From Promethearchaeota archaeon (GTDB lineage: Archaea; Asgardarchaeota; Lokiarchaeia; Sigyniarchaeales; SOKP01), in assembly GCA_048938025.1 (NCBI GenBank), contig JBHLMP010000022.1, positions 1-55,075 on the forward strand: a stretch of DNA of 55,075 nt, in the 5' to 3' direction. The notes under the pieces are model-generated. The model did not search any database, was not told the origin of the DNA, and saw nothing but the letters and a program-made list of their open reading frames with translations. A program made the position numbers and the translations under genes. Shown piece after piece: positions 1-9,580 of this stretch (the first letter of the stretch is position 1; every line of letters begins with the position of its first letter).

Positions 1-387
1 TCCAATAACATCCCTTAGTGCACCCTGAGTATAGTTAAATACAGCTCTCATAAAGTTTTCAATTTTTGTTGTAGCATATTGAGGATTTATAACTTTATAA
101 AATACACTTGTATCGGCGGTAATTGGTATATTATCTTTTGTGATAATGTCTTGTTTAGAGATATCTAACGTTTTAATTCTTAAATCAATTGACATGGATT
201 TTTCAATAAGCGGAAATTTATATATGATCCCAGGTCCTACAGTTCTTTTATATTTTCCAAATCGAAAGATTATTAAGCGTTTATACTCAGTCACGGTTCT
301 AAGTCCTGATATGATTATAAGGAAAATGATGCCTGCCAAAATACCAAGTAATACACCTACTATAATACCTATCTCAGAAATTTCAAT
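1..387 (-). CDS. SPFH/band 7 (stomatin/slipin-like) membrane protein, 3'-truncated by window edge; start codon uncertain
   Basis: Manual translation: IEISEIGIIVGVLLGILAGIIFLIIISGLRTVTEYKRLIIFRFGKYKRTVGPGIIYKFPLIEKSMSIDLRIKTLDISKQDIITKDNIPITADTSVFYKV...LRDVIG. TM helix followed by typical SPFH motifs (FRFG, GPG, DLR, QDIITKDN). Not in ORF track. Confidence 0.85.
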   Translation of the reverse strand, partial: MEISEIGIIVGVLLGILAGIIFLIIISGLRTVTEYKRLIIFRFGKYKRTVGPGIIYKFPLIEKSMSIDLRIKTLDISKQDIITKDNIPITADTSVFYKVINPQYATTKIENFMRAVFNYTQGALRDVIG

Positions 388-481
388 CCCTCCATAATGT
401 TTTTTTTTAAATTAAAGTAACTTTAAGCTAATTATATTTTTTTTCCTATATAATATTGCTTTTTAAATTTAGTTACGATCG

Positions 482-1777
482 TTAACATAAAAGGTATTTT
501 TTTAATTCCCACTGTTTTTCATTATCGTTTGATTTCGCGATTTCATATCCTTGAAGTTCAGCATATTTTATATCCAAATAAATTTCTCGGAATTCTTTTC
601 CTAAAACCTTTTTTATAAATTCACTCTCTTCAAATGCGTTCAAAGATTCTTCTAAACTTCCCGGGAGTTTTTTAATCCCTAATTTTTCCTTTTCATCATT
701 AGTTAAATTATCAACATTTTTAGTAGTTGGCATATTAGGTTCGATTTTATTTTTTATTCCATCTATTCCAGCTGCAAGTAATATTGCACTACCAAGATAT
801 ATATTCATAGCTCCATCTCCAGCTCTATATTCAATTCGAGCAGATTTTTCATAACCTGGAACACGTATTAGTGCTGTTCTGTTACCAATTCCCCAAGAAG
901 TATATACTGGAGCTTCGTGGTTAGGAATTAAACGTTTGTAAGAGTTAGTAGAAGGATTTAATATGGCAGAAATTGCAAATATGTGCTTTTGAATTCCTCC
1001 AATATAAAATCGAAGAATATCACTTATCCCTCTTTCTTTATTGACAAAAAGATTTTCACCATTTTTAGAAAGAAATTGATGAATGTGAAGACCATTGCCT
1101 GCCAATTCAGGAAAAGGTTTTGGCATATAGGTACAAATAAGATCATTATGAAATGCTTTTACTTTTGTTATCATCTTAGCTGTTTGAACGTTATCCGCTT
1201 GGTGTAAAGCATCATTAGTGGTTAATTCCACTTCTTGTTGACCAAAACCAAATTCATGGTGAAAAATTTTAACACCAATACCCATTTGCATTATTTCATC
1301 AATGATTTGACGACGTAAATCTTGGAAGAGATCTTTAGGAAGAATATCCATATATGTTCCCATATCACCTGGATTTTTATCTTTTGTAAGAAAATACCAT
1401 TCTAATTCTGGTCTTGTTTTAAAAGTATATCCCATAGATTTGGCCTTATCGAGAATTTTCCTTAGAATTCCGCGAGGGCATGTGGGATATGGTTTTCCTT
1501 TATTATCGGTTAAATCGCAAATAAAGCGCCCCACTCTGGGATTAAATGAGAGTACCGCAAAAGTATTGAAATCAGGAACAGCACACATGTCACTTTGCTC
1601 AATTTTAAGAAATCCTAGAGATGAGCCATCTATTCCTGTACCTTCCTGCATCTCATTCCAAATTTTAGTAGGAAACTCAACAGCTTTAAATTCACCCAAA
1701 ATAGTCGTAAACTGGAACTGAATGTAATCTAATCCTTTCTCTTCAAAAATTTTATTAAAATCTGTCATTGGTTTCAT
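482..1777 (-). CDS. glnA: Glutamine synthetase type I family
   Basis: DGSSLGF, PELEWY, HHE, MPKP..AGNGLHIH, NSYKRL..EAP, NRTALIRVP, RIEYR motifs. Confidence 0.85.
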   Translation of the reverse strand: MKPMTDFNKIFEEKGLDYIQFQFTTILGEFKAVEFPTKIWNEMQEGTGIDGSSLGFLKIEQSDMCAVPDFNTFAVLSFNPRVGRFICDLTDNKGKPYPTCPRGILRKILDKAKSMGYTFKTRPELEWYFLTKDKNPGDMGTYMDILPKDLFQDLRRQIIDEIMQMGIGVKIFHHEFGFGQQEVELTTNDALHQADNVQTAKMITKVKAFHNDLICTYMPKPFPELAGNGLHIHQFLSKNGENLFVNKERGISDILRFYIGGIQKHIFAISAILNPSTNSYKRLIPNHEAPVYTSWGIGNRTALIRVPGYEKSARIEYRAGDGAMNIYLGSAILLAAGIDGIKNKIEPNMPTTKNVDNLTNDEKEKLGIKKLPGSLEESLNAFEESEFIKKVLGKEFREIYLDIKYAELQGYEIAKSNDNEKQWELKKYLLC

Positions 1778-1887
1778 CAGCTACTTTTAAGTTGATATTC
1801 TATATTCTCGCAGCATTTTCCTCTTCTACTGCAATCATAAATACACGAACATCTATTTTTAATTTCTTCTTGATTACATTCTGTCAT
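1777..1887 (-). CDS. 36-aa Cys-rich small protein (resembles N-terminal half of DUF6485 family), coupled to glnA
   Basis: MTECNQEEIKNRCSCIYDCSRRGKCCENIEYQLKSS*; its TGA overlaps the glnA ATG (TGATG). Confidence 0.6.
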   Translation of the reverse strand: MTECNQEEIKNRCSCIYDCSRRGKCCENIEYQLKSS

Positions 1888-2054
1888 AACTTATCGATTA
1901 TTTTGTATATAAGTATAGAAATTATTGAATTTAAATTAATCATACTTTAAAAAAATTAATTGTATTAGAAAAATGTTGGAAGTAATAATTTTAATTAAAA
2001 AATAAAGCGAAAAAAAATATCAAGAAAAAAAAAAGAAAATTTATTTATTTGAAC

Positions 2055-4544
2055 TTATTTCTTATTTACCTTCTTTATGATTATTATCGAAATTGCGAAT
2101 ATCGAGCCAAATAAAATTAATACGTTATATCCGGGAATTCCAGGAGAACCACCACCGGGAGGTTGGCTAGACCATTTTAAATCATATTCATTTCCTGCGT
2201 CACCCCAATCAATTAAAAGATAGTAGATTCCGCTCGAAGGAACAATAGTGTTAATATATTCATTATCAGTAGAAGACCAACTTGCCGTTATAAAAGAAAG
2301 AGAGTTATCATAAACAGTAATATCGATATCCCCCTCACTATGAGTAAAAGTCAGCTCTACTCTCAAATGCTCATTTCCAGATGTAATATAAATTTGATAC
2401 CAATCATCATCAGCCTGAATACCAAGGCCGTCAATCGTACTCAACCATACACCTTCATAGGATGAGAGATCATAAGCTTCATAATAATAGTCATTTTCCT
2501 CATAATTATCATCAGTAGGAGCTACAGGTGATGTGTCATTCCACCATAAATCATATTCGTTTCCGGCATCAGCAAAAAAGATCAAAAGATAGTAGGTTCC
2601 ACTGGAAGGAAGTATATAGTCAATATATTCATTATCAGTAGAAGACCAACTTGCCGTTATAAAAGAAAGAGAGTTATCATAAACAGTAATATCGATATCC
2701 CCCTCACTATGAGTAAAAGTCAGCTCTACTCTCAAATGCTCATTTCCAGATGTAATATAAATTTGATACCAATCATCATCAGCCTGAATACCAAGGCCGT
2801 CAATCGTACTCAACCATACACCTTCATAGGATGAGAGATCATAAGCTTCATAATAATAGTCATTTTCCTCATAATTATCATCAGTAGGAGCTACAGGTGA
2901 TGTGTCATTCCACCATAAATCATATTCATTTCCTGCATCGCCATAATAAATTAAAAGATAGTAAGTCCCACTCGAAGGAACTATATAGTTAATATATTCA
3001 TTATCAGTTACAGACTCACTATACGTTATTAAGGAGATAGAAGCATCATAAACATCAATGTCAATATCCCCCTCACTATGAGTAAAAGTCAGCTCTACTC
3101 TCAAACGCTCATACCCAGGAGTAACATAAATTTCATACCAATCATCATCTGCCTGAATACCAGATCCGTTAATCGTACTCAACCATGTGTCTTCATAGGA
3201 TGAAAGGTCATAAGCTTCGGTATCATCGTCATTTTCCTCATAATTATCATCTGGGAGATTGGCATAATACGTTAATAGAAAATCATCCCATGACAAGTCA
3301 TTAGTGAAATCTAAAATTGTTTCATAACTACTATCATAATTCCCAATTATTACTGGATAATAAATGGTAATTCCATGAAAACCTGGATGATTCAACCCAT
3401 GTGCTTCAGCTATCATCATTGAATTTATGGCATTCATAATATTTTGTGCTGCATTCTGAATTGCGGTATCTGAAATTCGATTATAAAGCTGATATGAAAA
3501 ATTGTATAAATCAATGAATGTTGGATCAAAATATGATGCATCACTCGCCCATCTAGCAGCTCTTATGTCAGTTAGGTATGTACCAATTTTAGAGGTTAAT
3601 TCTAATGCTAGTGATTCGATTGCGGTCGATAAAGTATTTTCTTGTAATAAGTCTACAGCTGATAAAGTTTCAATATCATTGGTACCATAATATTCGATGT
3701 ACCTATTTACTATTATGGTTCCAAGAGAATTTGGACTCATCGTTGGTGTGCTTGTTAAATCACTTAGAATTGTGTCATAAGGCCATCCTTCTAATGGGAT
3801 AACCTCCTCAGAAGAGACGCGTACTTGTGCTAAATCTTTTAATTGGTAGTCAACTTCTACATTTGCCATTAAACAGGCATCAAAACCAAGCAAGTCGATA
3901 TATACATCTGCTGTAGAAAGAGCTGTTTCTACTTCTTGGATTGTGAGATAATCAACATCAGTGTTATCATAGCACACTCCTTTAAAGAGGGGATCATTTT
4001 TTTCTTCCTGACTTTTCCAACCATCTCCATGATTCCATAGCACTAACGCATAATGATCGGATGGCCAATTTGTAGTACCCCACGTAATAAAGTTAGAAAG
4101 CGTAGATGACAATCCCATATTTTGTTCCCCGAGATCTAATAAGGCACTAGCAGCATTTGGAGTCATTCCTGGAGTGATATAAAATCTTTTTGTTGTTGTC
4201 CAATCATCGTAAGATGTGTCATATCCTGAAATTCGATCAAATTGTACAACAATACTAATATTAGCATCTGAACCAACAGACGACATTTCTAAAAAGTCAC
4301 TAATACCAGCAGCTTCTAGGTTATTATCGGCATCTAAGTAGACTAAAAAAGTCCAATCATTTGGAGATTTACCATTAGTATTCACTGTTTTATCTTCTTG
4401 AATCAATCGTTCATTTAAATTTGAGATTCCAACGGTTCCGTATAATATCGTTGCTACAATATTAAAAATAAGAAGTAATACTAAATACGCAATAATTTTT
4501 TTATAGATTTTTGTAGATTGCATAAAATTATTATGATCCTTCAA
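2055..4544 (-). CDS. Secreted clostripain-family (C11) cysteine peptidase with three PPC-like repeats and C-terminal Loki-CTERM-like anchor
   Basis: WTFLVYLDADNNLE, catalytic WNHGDGW and FDACLM, three DDNYEEND...GTYYLLI repeats, C-terminal IPGYNVLILFG...IIKKVNKK. Confidence 0.85.
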   Translation of the reverse strand: MKDHNNFMQSTKIYKKIIAYLVLLLIFNIVATILYGTVGISNLNERLIQEDKTVNTNGKSPNDWTFLVYLDADNNLEAAGISDFLEMSSVGSDANISIVVQFDRISGYDTSYDDWTTTKRFYITPGMTPNAASALLDLGEQNMGLSSTLSNFITWGTTNWPSDHYALVLWNHGDGWKSQEEKNDPLFKGVCYDNTDVDYLTIQEVETALSTADVYIDLLGFDACLMANVEVDYQLKDLAQVRVSSEEVIPLEGWPYDTILSDLTSTPTMSPNSLGTIIVNRYIEYYGTNDIETLSAVDLLQENTLSTAIESLALELTSKIGTYLTDIRAARWASDASYFDPTFIDLYNFSYQLYNRISDTAIQNAAQNIMNAINSMMIAEAHGLNHPGFHGITIYYPVIIGNYDSSYETILDFTNDLSWDDFLLTYYANLPDDNYEENDDDTEAYDLSSYEDTWLSTINGSGIQADDDWYEIYVTPGYERLRVELTFTHSEGDIDIDVYDASISLITYSESVTDNEYINYIVPSSGTYYLLIYYGDAGNEYDLWWNDTSPVAPTDDNYEENDYYYEAYDLSSYEGVWLSTIDGLGIQADDDWYQIYITSGNEHLRVELTFTHSEGDIDITVYDNSLSFITASWSSTDNEYIDYILPSSGTYYLLIFFADAGNEYDLWWNDTSPVAPTDDNYEENDYYYEAYDLSSYEGVWLSTIDGLGIQADDDWYQIYITSGNEHLRVELTFTHSEGDIDITVYDNSLSFITASWSSTDNEYINTIVPSSGIYYLLIDWGDAGNEYDLKWSSQPPGGGSPGIPGYNVLILFGSIFAISIIIIKKVNKK
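2253..2927. repeat. Intragenic tandem duplication, period 369 bp; 2253-2558 appears identical to 2622-2927; diverged third copy to ~3250
   Basis: Same sequence (e.g. cattatcagtagaagaccaacttgccg) at 2261 and 2630. Confidence 0.9.
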
Positions 4545-4683
4545 AATATAAATCTACCATTTTTATTAAAAGTGCAATATTAATTCTTCATAACCGTAGT
4601 ATTAATTTTCTTATGAGTGATTAATAAATAGAACTAGATGCTTAATTAAACATATTTAGTATGTTATTTGAGGTAATAGTTTA

Positions 4684-5709
4684 ATGCAAATTGAGATCTT
4701 AGAACCTTCGGATTTATTAGATAACAATGGTGAATTAATTCAAAAAGGGTGGGCACGTAAACTATTACTTAAGTATGATCGCACAAAAATTAAAGCTGGA
4801 TGGCTTAGGATCAAAGAATGGGATTATTATGCAATTTTAAATCCCGAATATGGGATAACGTTTACGTTTTCAGATTTAGGATATGCTGGACTAATTGCAG
4901 CTGTGTGGTTAGATTTTAAAGAGAGAGTTTTCATACCTGATGAAATAATGGTCTGGTTCACTAAGGGGCATTTGAACTTACCTAGCAGCTCTGAAACTGG
5001 AGATATCAATTTTTCTGAAAAAGGAAATACACTTTCAATTAAAAAAGAAGAAGATAGACGCATTATTAACTTTAATTTTCCCAATTTCGACAATGGTCGA
5101 GGAATTGAAGCAAATTTAGTATTATATCAAGATCCTAATATGGACACAATGGTAATTGCTACTCCATGGAAGGAAAAACCAACAAGGTTTTATTATAATC
5201 AAAAAATCAATTGTATGCCTACTCAGGGATTTGTGCAATTAGGTAATCAGAAATATGATTTTACTGATTATAATAGTTTTGGGGTCTTGGATTGGGGTAG
5301 AGGAGTATGGACTTATAAAAATACATGGTATTGGGGTTCTGCTTCAGGAAAGTTAGAAGATGGTACTCCAATTGGGTGGAATATAGGATATGGGTTTAGT
5401 GATAGATCTTATGCCAGTGAAAACGTGATTTTTTATGATGGTGTAGCACATAAATTAGATCAAATAACTTTCCATTTCGATCCAGAAAATTATATGAAGC
5501 CTTGGAAATTTACAAGTAATGATGGACGGTTTGAGATGAATTTTGAACCTATATTAGACAGAAATTCAAAAATCAACTTTTTAGTGCTGAAAAGTATTCA
5601 ACACCAAGTCTTTGGTTATTATACTGGATTACTTATTCTTGATGATGGAACTAAAATTCAAATAAAACGCCTATTGGGCTTTGCAGAAGAAGTTTTTAAT
5701 AAATGGTAA
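4684..5709 (+). CDS. DUF2804 family protein
   Basis: RIKEWDYY, FYYNQKINC, LDWGRGVW, WYWGSASG, QHQVFG, GFAEEVFNKW. Confidence 0.8.
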   Translation: MQIEILEPSDLLDNNGELIQKGWARKLLLKYDRTKIKAGWLRIKEWDYYAILNPEYGITFTFSDLGYAGLIAAVWLDFKERVFIPDEIMVWFTKGHLNLPSSSETGDINFSEKGNTLSIKKEEDRRIINFNFPNFDNGRGIEANLVLYQDPNMDTMVIATPWKEKPTRFYYNQKINCMPTQGFVQLGNQKYDFTDYNSFGVLDWGRGVWTYKNTWYWGSASGKLEDGTPIGWNIGYGFSDRSYASENVIFYDGVAHKLDQITFHFDPENYMKPWKFTSNDGRFEMNFEPILDRNSKINFLVLKSIQHQVFGYYTGLLILDDGTKIQIKRLLGFAEEVFNKW

Positions 5710-5756
5710 ATTAAAACTTGAATATTTGCATTAAAAATTTTAAAAAGAATAAATCC

Positions 5757-5864
5757 TTATTCTACTAAACTGAATGTTCCTTCACTTTCACCACAATTGG
5801 GGCATTCTTCTGGAATATCGTCTAGATCAAATTCAAATCCACATTTATCACACTGCCAGACCAA
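5757..5864 (-). CDS. 35-aa rubredoxin-like metal-binding protein
   Basis: TTG start; (M)VWQCDKCGFEFDLDDIPEECPNCGESEGTFSLVE*; WxCxxCG...PxxCPxCG...F pattern; missed by ORF track. Confidence 0.8.
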   Translation of the reverse strand: MVWQCDKCGFEFDLDDIPEECPNCGESEGTFSLVE

Positions 5865-5968
5865 AAAAATTTACCCTATTTGGATTATTTAAATCTATTG
5901 TAATTAGTATAAAAAAAAATTTATCTAAATTTAAAATGTTTTTGGGAATAATCTCGATTCTATTATTT

Positions 5969-6835
5969 TTAGGCGATAACACCCTCTTTTTTGGCCGTTT
6001 CCAATTGTTTTGTATGATTATAAAAAAGCGAAATTTCTTCTTGTGTTAAAATAATATCCGCAGCTTTAACATTAGCTTCCATGTGTTCGATTCTAAATGC
6101 TTTTGGAATAGTAATTACATTTTCATGATTTATTAACCAAGCAATGGCTATTTGTTGTATTGTAGCATTATGGGATTGTGCAACCTTCATTAGGTTATCC
6201 CGAATTTCACCAGGTACGTTTGAATATCCACGATGAGCTAGGGGACTATAAGCAGTCATAATTATTCCTTCTTTCTGATAAAATGGTAAAGAATTATGAA
6301 TGTGTTTTTGATAAGTCAAATTAGCATGAACTTGATTATTCACTAATTCAACTTTTTTAAGAGCCTGTTGTGCTTTTTTAAATTGTTCAACTGAGAAATT
6401 ACTTACTCCAATATATCTTGTTTTCCCTTCATTAACTAGCCCCTCTAGAACCCTCATTTGCTTTTCAATCGAAACAAATGTAGATGGCCAATGAATCAAA
6501 TACAGATCTAAATACTTAATACCTAATCTTTTTAAACTGTTATAAGCAGCTTTCTTCATTGTTTTATACCGTAGATGCATAGGAAATAATTTACTGGTTA
6601 TAAAAAGATCATCTCTATCATGCTCAGCTATAATTTCACCGACAATTTTCTCAGAAGTACCACGTCCATAAAACTCTGCTGTATCAATGTGAGTTAAACC
6701 AAGTTCTATTCCTCGTTTTATAGAATTCTTCCATTGTTCATAGTATGCTTTGTTCTTTATACTTCTTATGCCCCAAGTACCCTGTCCTATTATCGGAATT
6801 GTTTCACCAGTTTTTCCTAGTTGAATTTTTCTCAT
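5969..6835 (-). CDS. Aldo/keto reductase
   Basis: GQGTWG, IDTAEFYG, DLYLIHWP, IGVSNF, AYSPL, IPKA. Confidence 0.92.
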   Translation of the reverse strand: MRKIQLGKTGETIPIIGQGTWGIRSIKNKAYYEQWKNSIKRGIELGLTHIDTAEFYGRGTSEKIVGEIIAEHDRDDLFITSKLFPMHLRYKTMKKAAYNSLKRLGIKYLDLYLIHWPSTFVSIEKQMRVLEGLVNEGKTRYIGVSNFSVEQFKKAQQALKKVELVNNQVHANLTYQKHIHNSLPFYQKEGIIMTAYSPLAHRGYSNVPGEIRDNLMKVAQSHNATIQQIAIAWLINHENVITIPKAFRIEHMEANVKAADIILTQEEISLFYNHTKQLETAKKEGVIA

Positions 6836-7073
6836 GTTAAAATAAACAAAATTAGAAAATTTATTAATACTCGTTTTAAGTCATTGAACTTTATTCCAAT
6901 CTATTAAAGTTTCTTAATATTTTCCTTAAAATTATTTATAAATTATAAAATGAGAAGACTTAGGTAATATTTTTATAAAATTAGATTTACCGTAATAGGA
7001 ACAATTCACTAATGAAATTTTTTTTTGAATTGTAATTTAAACCACTTCCATAAATTCTTACCTAAATTACTTA

Positions 7074-7129
7074 AAATTTACCGGTAAATTTAAGAGTTTA
7101 CCGGTAATTTACAGTACAAGCTTTATATA
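7074..7129 (+). promoter_or_regulatory. Two TTACCGGTAA palindromes 20 bp apart immediately upstream of a TATA box
   Basis: AAATTTACCGGTAAATTT (7074-7091), TTACCGGTAA (7098-7107), TTTATATA (7122-7129). Confidence 0.6.
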
Positions 7130-7207
7130 CAAACTTAACTATGTAAATTCTGATTAATATTAAATTGATTTTAATTGAAAATAAATTATAAGAAAAGGCG
7201 AAAAATA

Positions 7208-8599
7208 ATGCGCAAAAAATTGATTAAAATAAACATTTTGATAGTTCTTCTGGCTATATCAATTATTTTCCCGGTTTTTGCTACTTCAGCTAAAAAGAAA
7301 GTTTGGTATCTCACATATCCAATTTATATTAATGAATCTATCGATGGCTTAAAATGGGCAAATTGGGCTAACCAACCGTGGTGTAAGGGATCAGGTACAG
7401 AAGACGATCCGTACATGATTAAAGATCTAACAATTGAGGTAAGTGGATCTGTTTTTGCTATGATGATTGAAGGATCAAGTGTTCATTTCAAGATAATGAA
7501 GTGTACTTTGCGCAACATAGGAGGGGAAGGAACTGCAGCGCTCATATTGCTCGGAACACAAAATGGAGTCATCTTTAAAAATACATTTTATGGAAGCAAC
7601 ACGGGAATAGCCTTAATTGGATCGGAGAATAACGTAGTTCAGAAGAATCTGTGTTATGAAAATACTGTCGTGGGGATTTACAACCAATGGGGTATGTTTA
7701 ATAATATTAAACAAAACGACTGTAAGAACAACGAAAACGGAATCGTGATTGAATCAGCCCATAAAACAATAATAGAGAAAAACGACTGTACAGGGAACGG
7801 TTTAACAGGCATTGCATTGATAACTCAGAATGAGGAAAATACTCCTAAAGATAACATCATTTATGCAAATAAGGTAGAGAACAACCAAGTGGGAATTTAC
7901 TTAGGTGATGCGGATAAAAACGATATTATTAGAAACACAGTTGCACAAAACACGTACGGTATCATGTTTGACTTTGGATCCCAGGAAAATACTGTATATC
8001 ATAATAACATCATTGATAATGTCGTCCAAGCGGTTGACTTTCAACCCTGGACGAACAATTGGCATCATCCTTATATGCTAGAAGGAAATTACTGGTCAGA
8101 TTATACAGGTATGGATAGTGACGGTGATGGTATAGGAGATACGGAGTGGCCCGAGATTGGATTTGATGCATATCCTTTCATGGTAGAAAATGGTTGGGAT
8201 ATTTTTACTGCTAAAGAGGAGGAAATACTAAACACGTTTCTCGATCCCGATTCTAATCGGTTTCCTGGCCAAGTTCAAGCCAATGAGACGATTTACTTAA
8301 TTTTTGGAATGAAACAAGGATTTTCAGAAAGAATAAACGGATTATTCTTCCCCCCATATACAGCTCAATTTTTGTTTTTTGGAACCCATGAAATGCAAGG
8401 TAGTCTTTGGTATTTCGATGAGATAGTGGGGGGAGAGCCTGGTCTTACCCAATTTTTCTATATAGTATTCCCACCAAACTTTTTCACTGATATAGGTTTT
8501 CCTTTAGGGTGGTATGAGTTTTATATACAAGTTAGTCTCTATAACGACGGGGTACAGCAATATGACACGATTGGACCCTACTATTTTGAATTAGTCTAA
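7208..8599 (+). CDS. Secreted NosD/CASH-type right-handed beta-helix protein with unknown C-terminal domain
   Basis: Signal peptide after ATG 7208 (ORF track starts at TTG 7175), GSGTEDDPYMI, repeated NxIxxN..GIxL, GNYWSDY...DGDGIGD. Confidence 0.8.
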   Translation: MRKKLIKINILIVLLAISIIFPVFATSAKKKVWYLTYPIYINESIDGLKWANWANQPWCKGSGTEDDPYMIKDLTIEVSGSVFAMMIEGSSVHFKIMKCTLRNIGGEGTAALILLGTQNGVIFKNTFYGSNTGIALIGSENNVVQKNLCYENTVVGIYNQWGMFNNIKQNDCKNNENGIVIESAHKTIIEKNDCTGNGLTGIALITQNEENTPKDNIIYANKVENNQVGIYLGDADKNDIIRNTVAQNTYGIMFDFGSQENTVYHNNIIDNVVQAVDFQPWTNNWHHPYMLEGNYWSDYTGMDSDGDGIGDTEWPEIGFDAYPFMVENGWDIFTAKEEEILNTFLDPDSNRFPGQVQANETIYLIFGMKQGFSERINGLFFPPYTAQFLFFGTHEMQGSLWYFDEIVGGEPGLTQFFYIVFPPNFFTDIGFPLGWYEFYIQVSLYNDGVQQYDTIGPYYFELV

Positions 8600-8603
8600 T
8601 AAT

Positions 8604-8631
8604 GGCTCATCAGAGCCTATTTTTTTTTTTT
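8604..8631 (+). terminator. Hairpin plus T-tract terminator
   Basis: GGCTC-ATCA-GAGCC followed by a long T run just after the stop at 8599. Confidence 0.6.
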
Positions 8632-8673
8632 AATAAAATTAATATAAAAAATAAAAAATAAAAGAGTATAATT

Positions 8674-9516
8674 TTAGTATTGTTTTAAATATTTAAAAAG
8701 TATATGCAGATCTGTTAGGCTATCAATAGGCTTAATTATGATATCCTCTGCTCCTGTTTTAGTTAAAATATCCTGTTTTTTATCTTTAGAAACAATAGCA
8801 GATATTAAAATTATTGGAGTAGAGTTATACTCACTTTTAGCTTTTAGTATCTGACAAAATTTATCTCCATTGATATTACTCGTTTTCAAGTTTATATCAA
8901 CCAAGATAGCTTTCGGAGTCAATGTTTTTAATAAATAGAATGCTTCCTCTGATGTTTCTACTGATTTAATGTTGATCCCTTTCTGTGAGAAAAAAGTATC
9001 TATGGTTTTTCGTTCAAGTTCATTATCTTCAATATATAAAACATCAATTTTTTTCACAAATCTAGCAATTTTTGGCTCCTCAAAATGATGTTTTACAGAT
9101 TCTTCTATTCCTTTGAGCGCTTCTTTAATATTATCTATCACTTCTAACATATTTTCACAATCACCATAACAATTTTCCAACATTAAAATTGAAAGTTTAA
9201 GAGGTGAAAGTTTTTGCTTCAATTCTTCATAAAAACCGTTGCCTTCTTCATATACATCAATAGCTTTACTAATAAACTCATAAAAGTACTTCTCATCATA
9301 TTCTATTGAATGATTTAGTGTGTTCTTCTTAGCTACTATGTTTATGTAATCAATGTTATTATCAACGAAATTTCTTAAAAGACGAGCTTGGTTATTAATT
9401 TTGAACTCTTCCATAAAATTTTTTAATTTAGCGTCAAGATATGGTTCTACATAAGAATACCATTTAATATCCTTCCTTACTTTTTCTAAATTCTTATTTT
9501 TACTATTTTGATTAAT
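8674..9516 (-). CDS. Response regulator with C-terminal receiver domain (start at ATT 9516 or ATG 9414)
   Basis: YIEDN, ILVDINL, ISA, IIKP receiver residues; frame open 34 codons upstream of the ATG to an ATT preceded by GGTGAGGT. Confidence 0.8.
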   Translation of the reverse strand: MNQNSKNKNLEKVRKDIKWYSYVEPYLDAKLKNFMEEFKINNQARLLRNFVDNNIDYINIVAKKNTLNHSIEYDEKYFYEFISKAIDVYEEGNGFYEELKQKLSPLKLSILMLENCYGDCENMLEVIDNIKEALKGIEESVKHHFEEPKIARFVKKIDVLYIEDNELERKTIDTFFSQKGINIKSVETSEEAFYLLKTLTPKAILVDINLKTSNINGDKFCQILKAKSEYNSTPIILISAIVSKDKKQDILTKTGAEDIIIKPIDSLTDLHILFKYLKQY

Positions 9517-9580
9517 TCTACCTCACCAACTTTTATTATTTTTAACTTTTTCCATAAAAATGATAACACACTTCTTTTTA

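Noticed and set aside
140-397. 85-aa + strand ORF
   Set aside because: Antisense shadow of the SPFH gene.
1768-1779. TGA of the Cys-rich mini-ORF as selenocysteine
   Set aside because: Followed immediately by further in-frame TGA codons and overlaps the glnA start; ordinary translational coupling.
2253-3250. Repeat as CRISPR array or mobile element
   Set aside because: In-frame 369-bp protein domain repeat with no spacers or terminal repeats.
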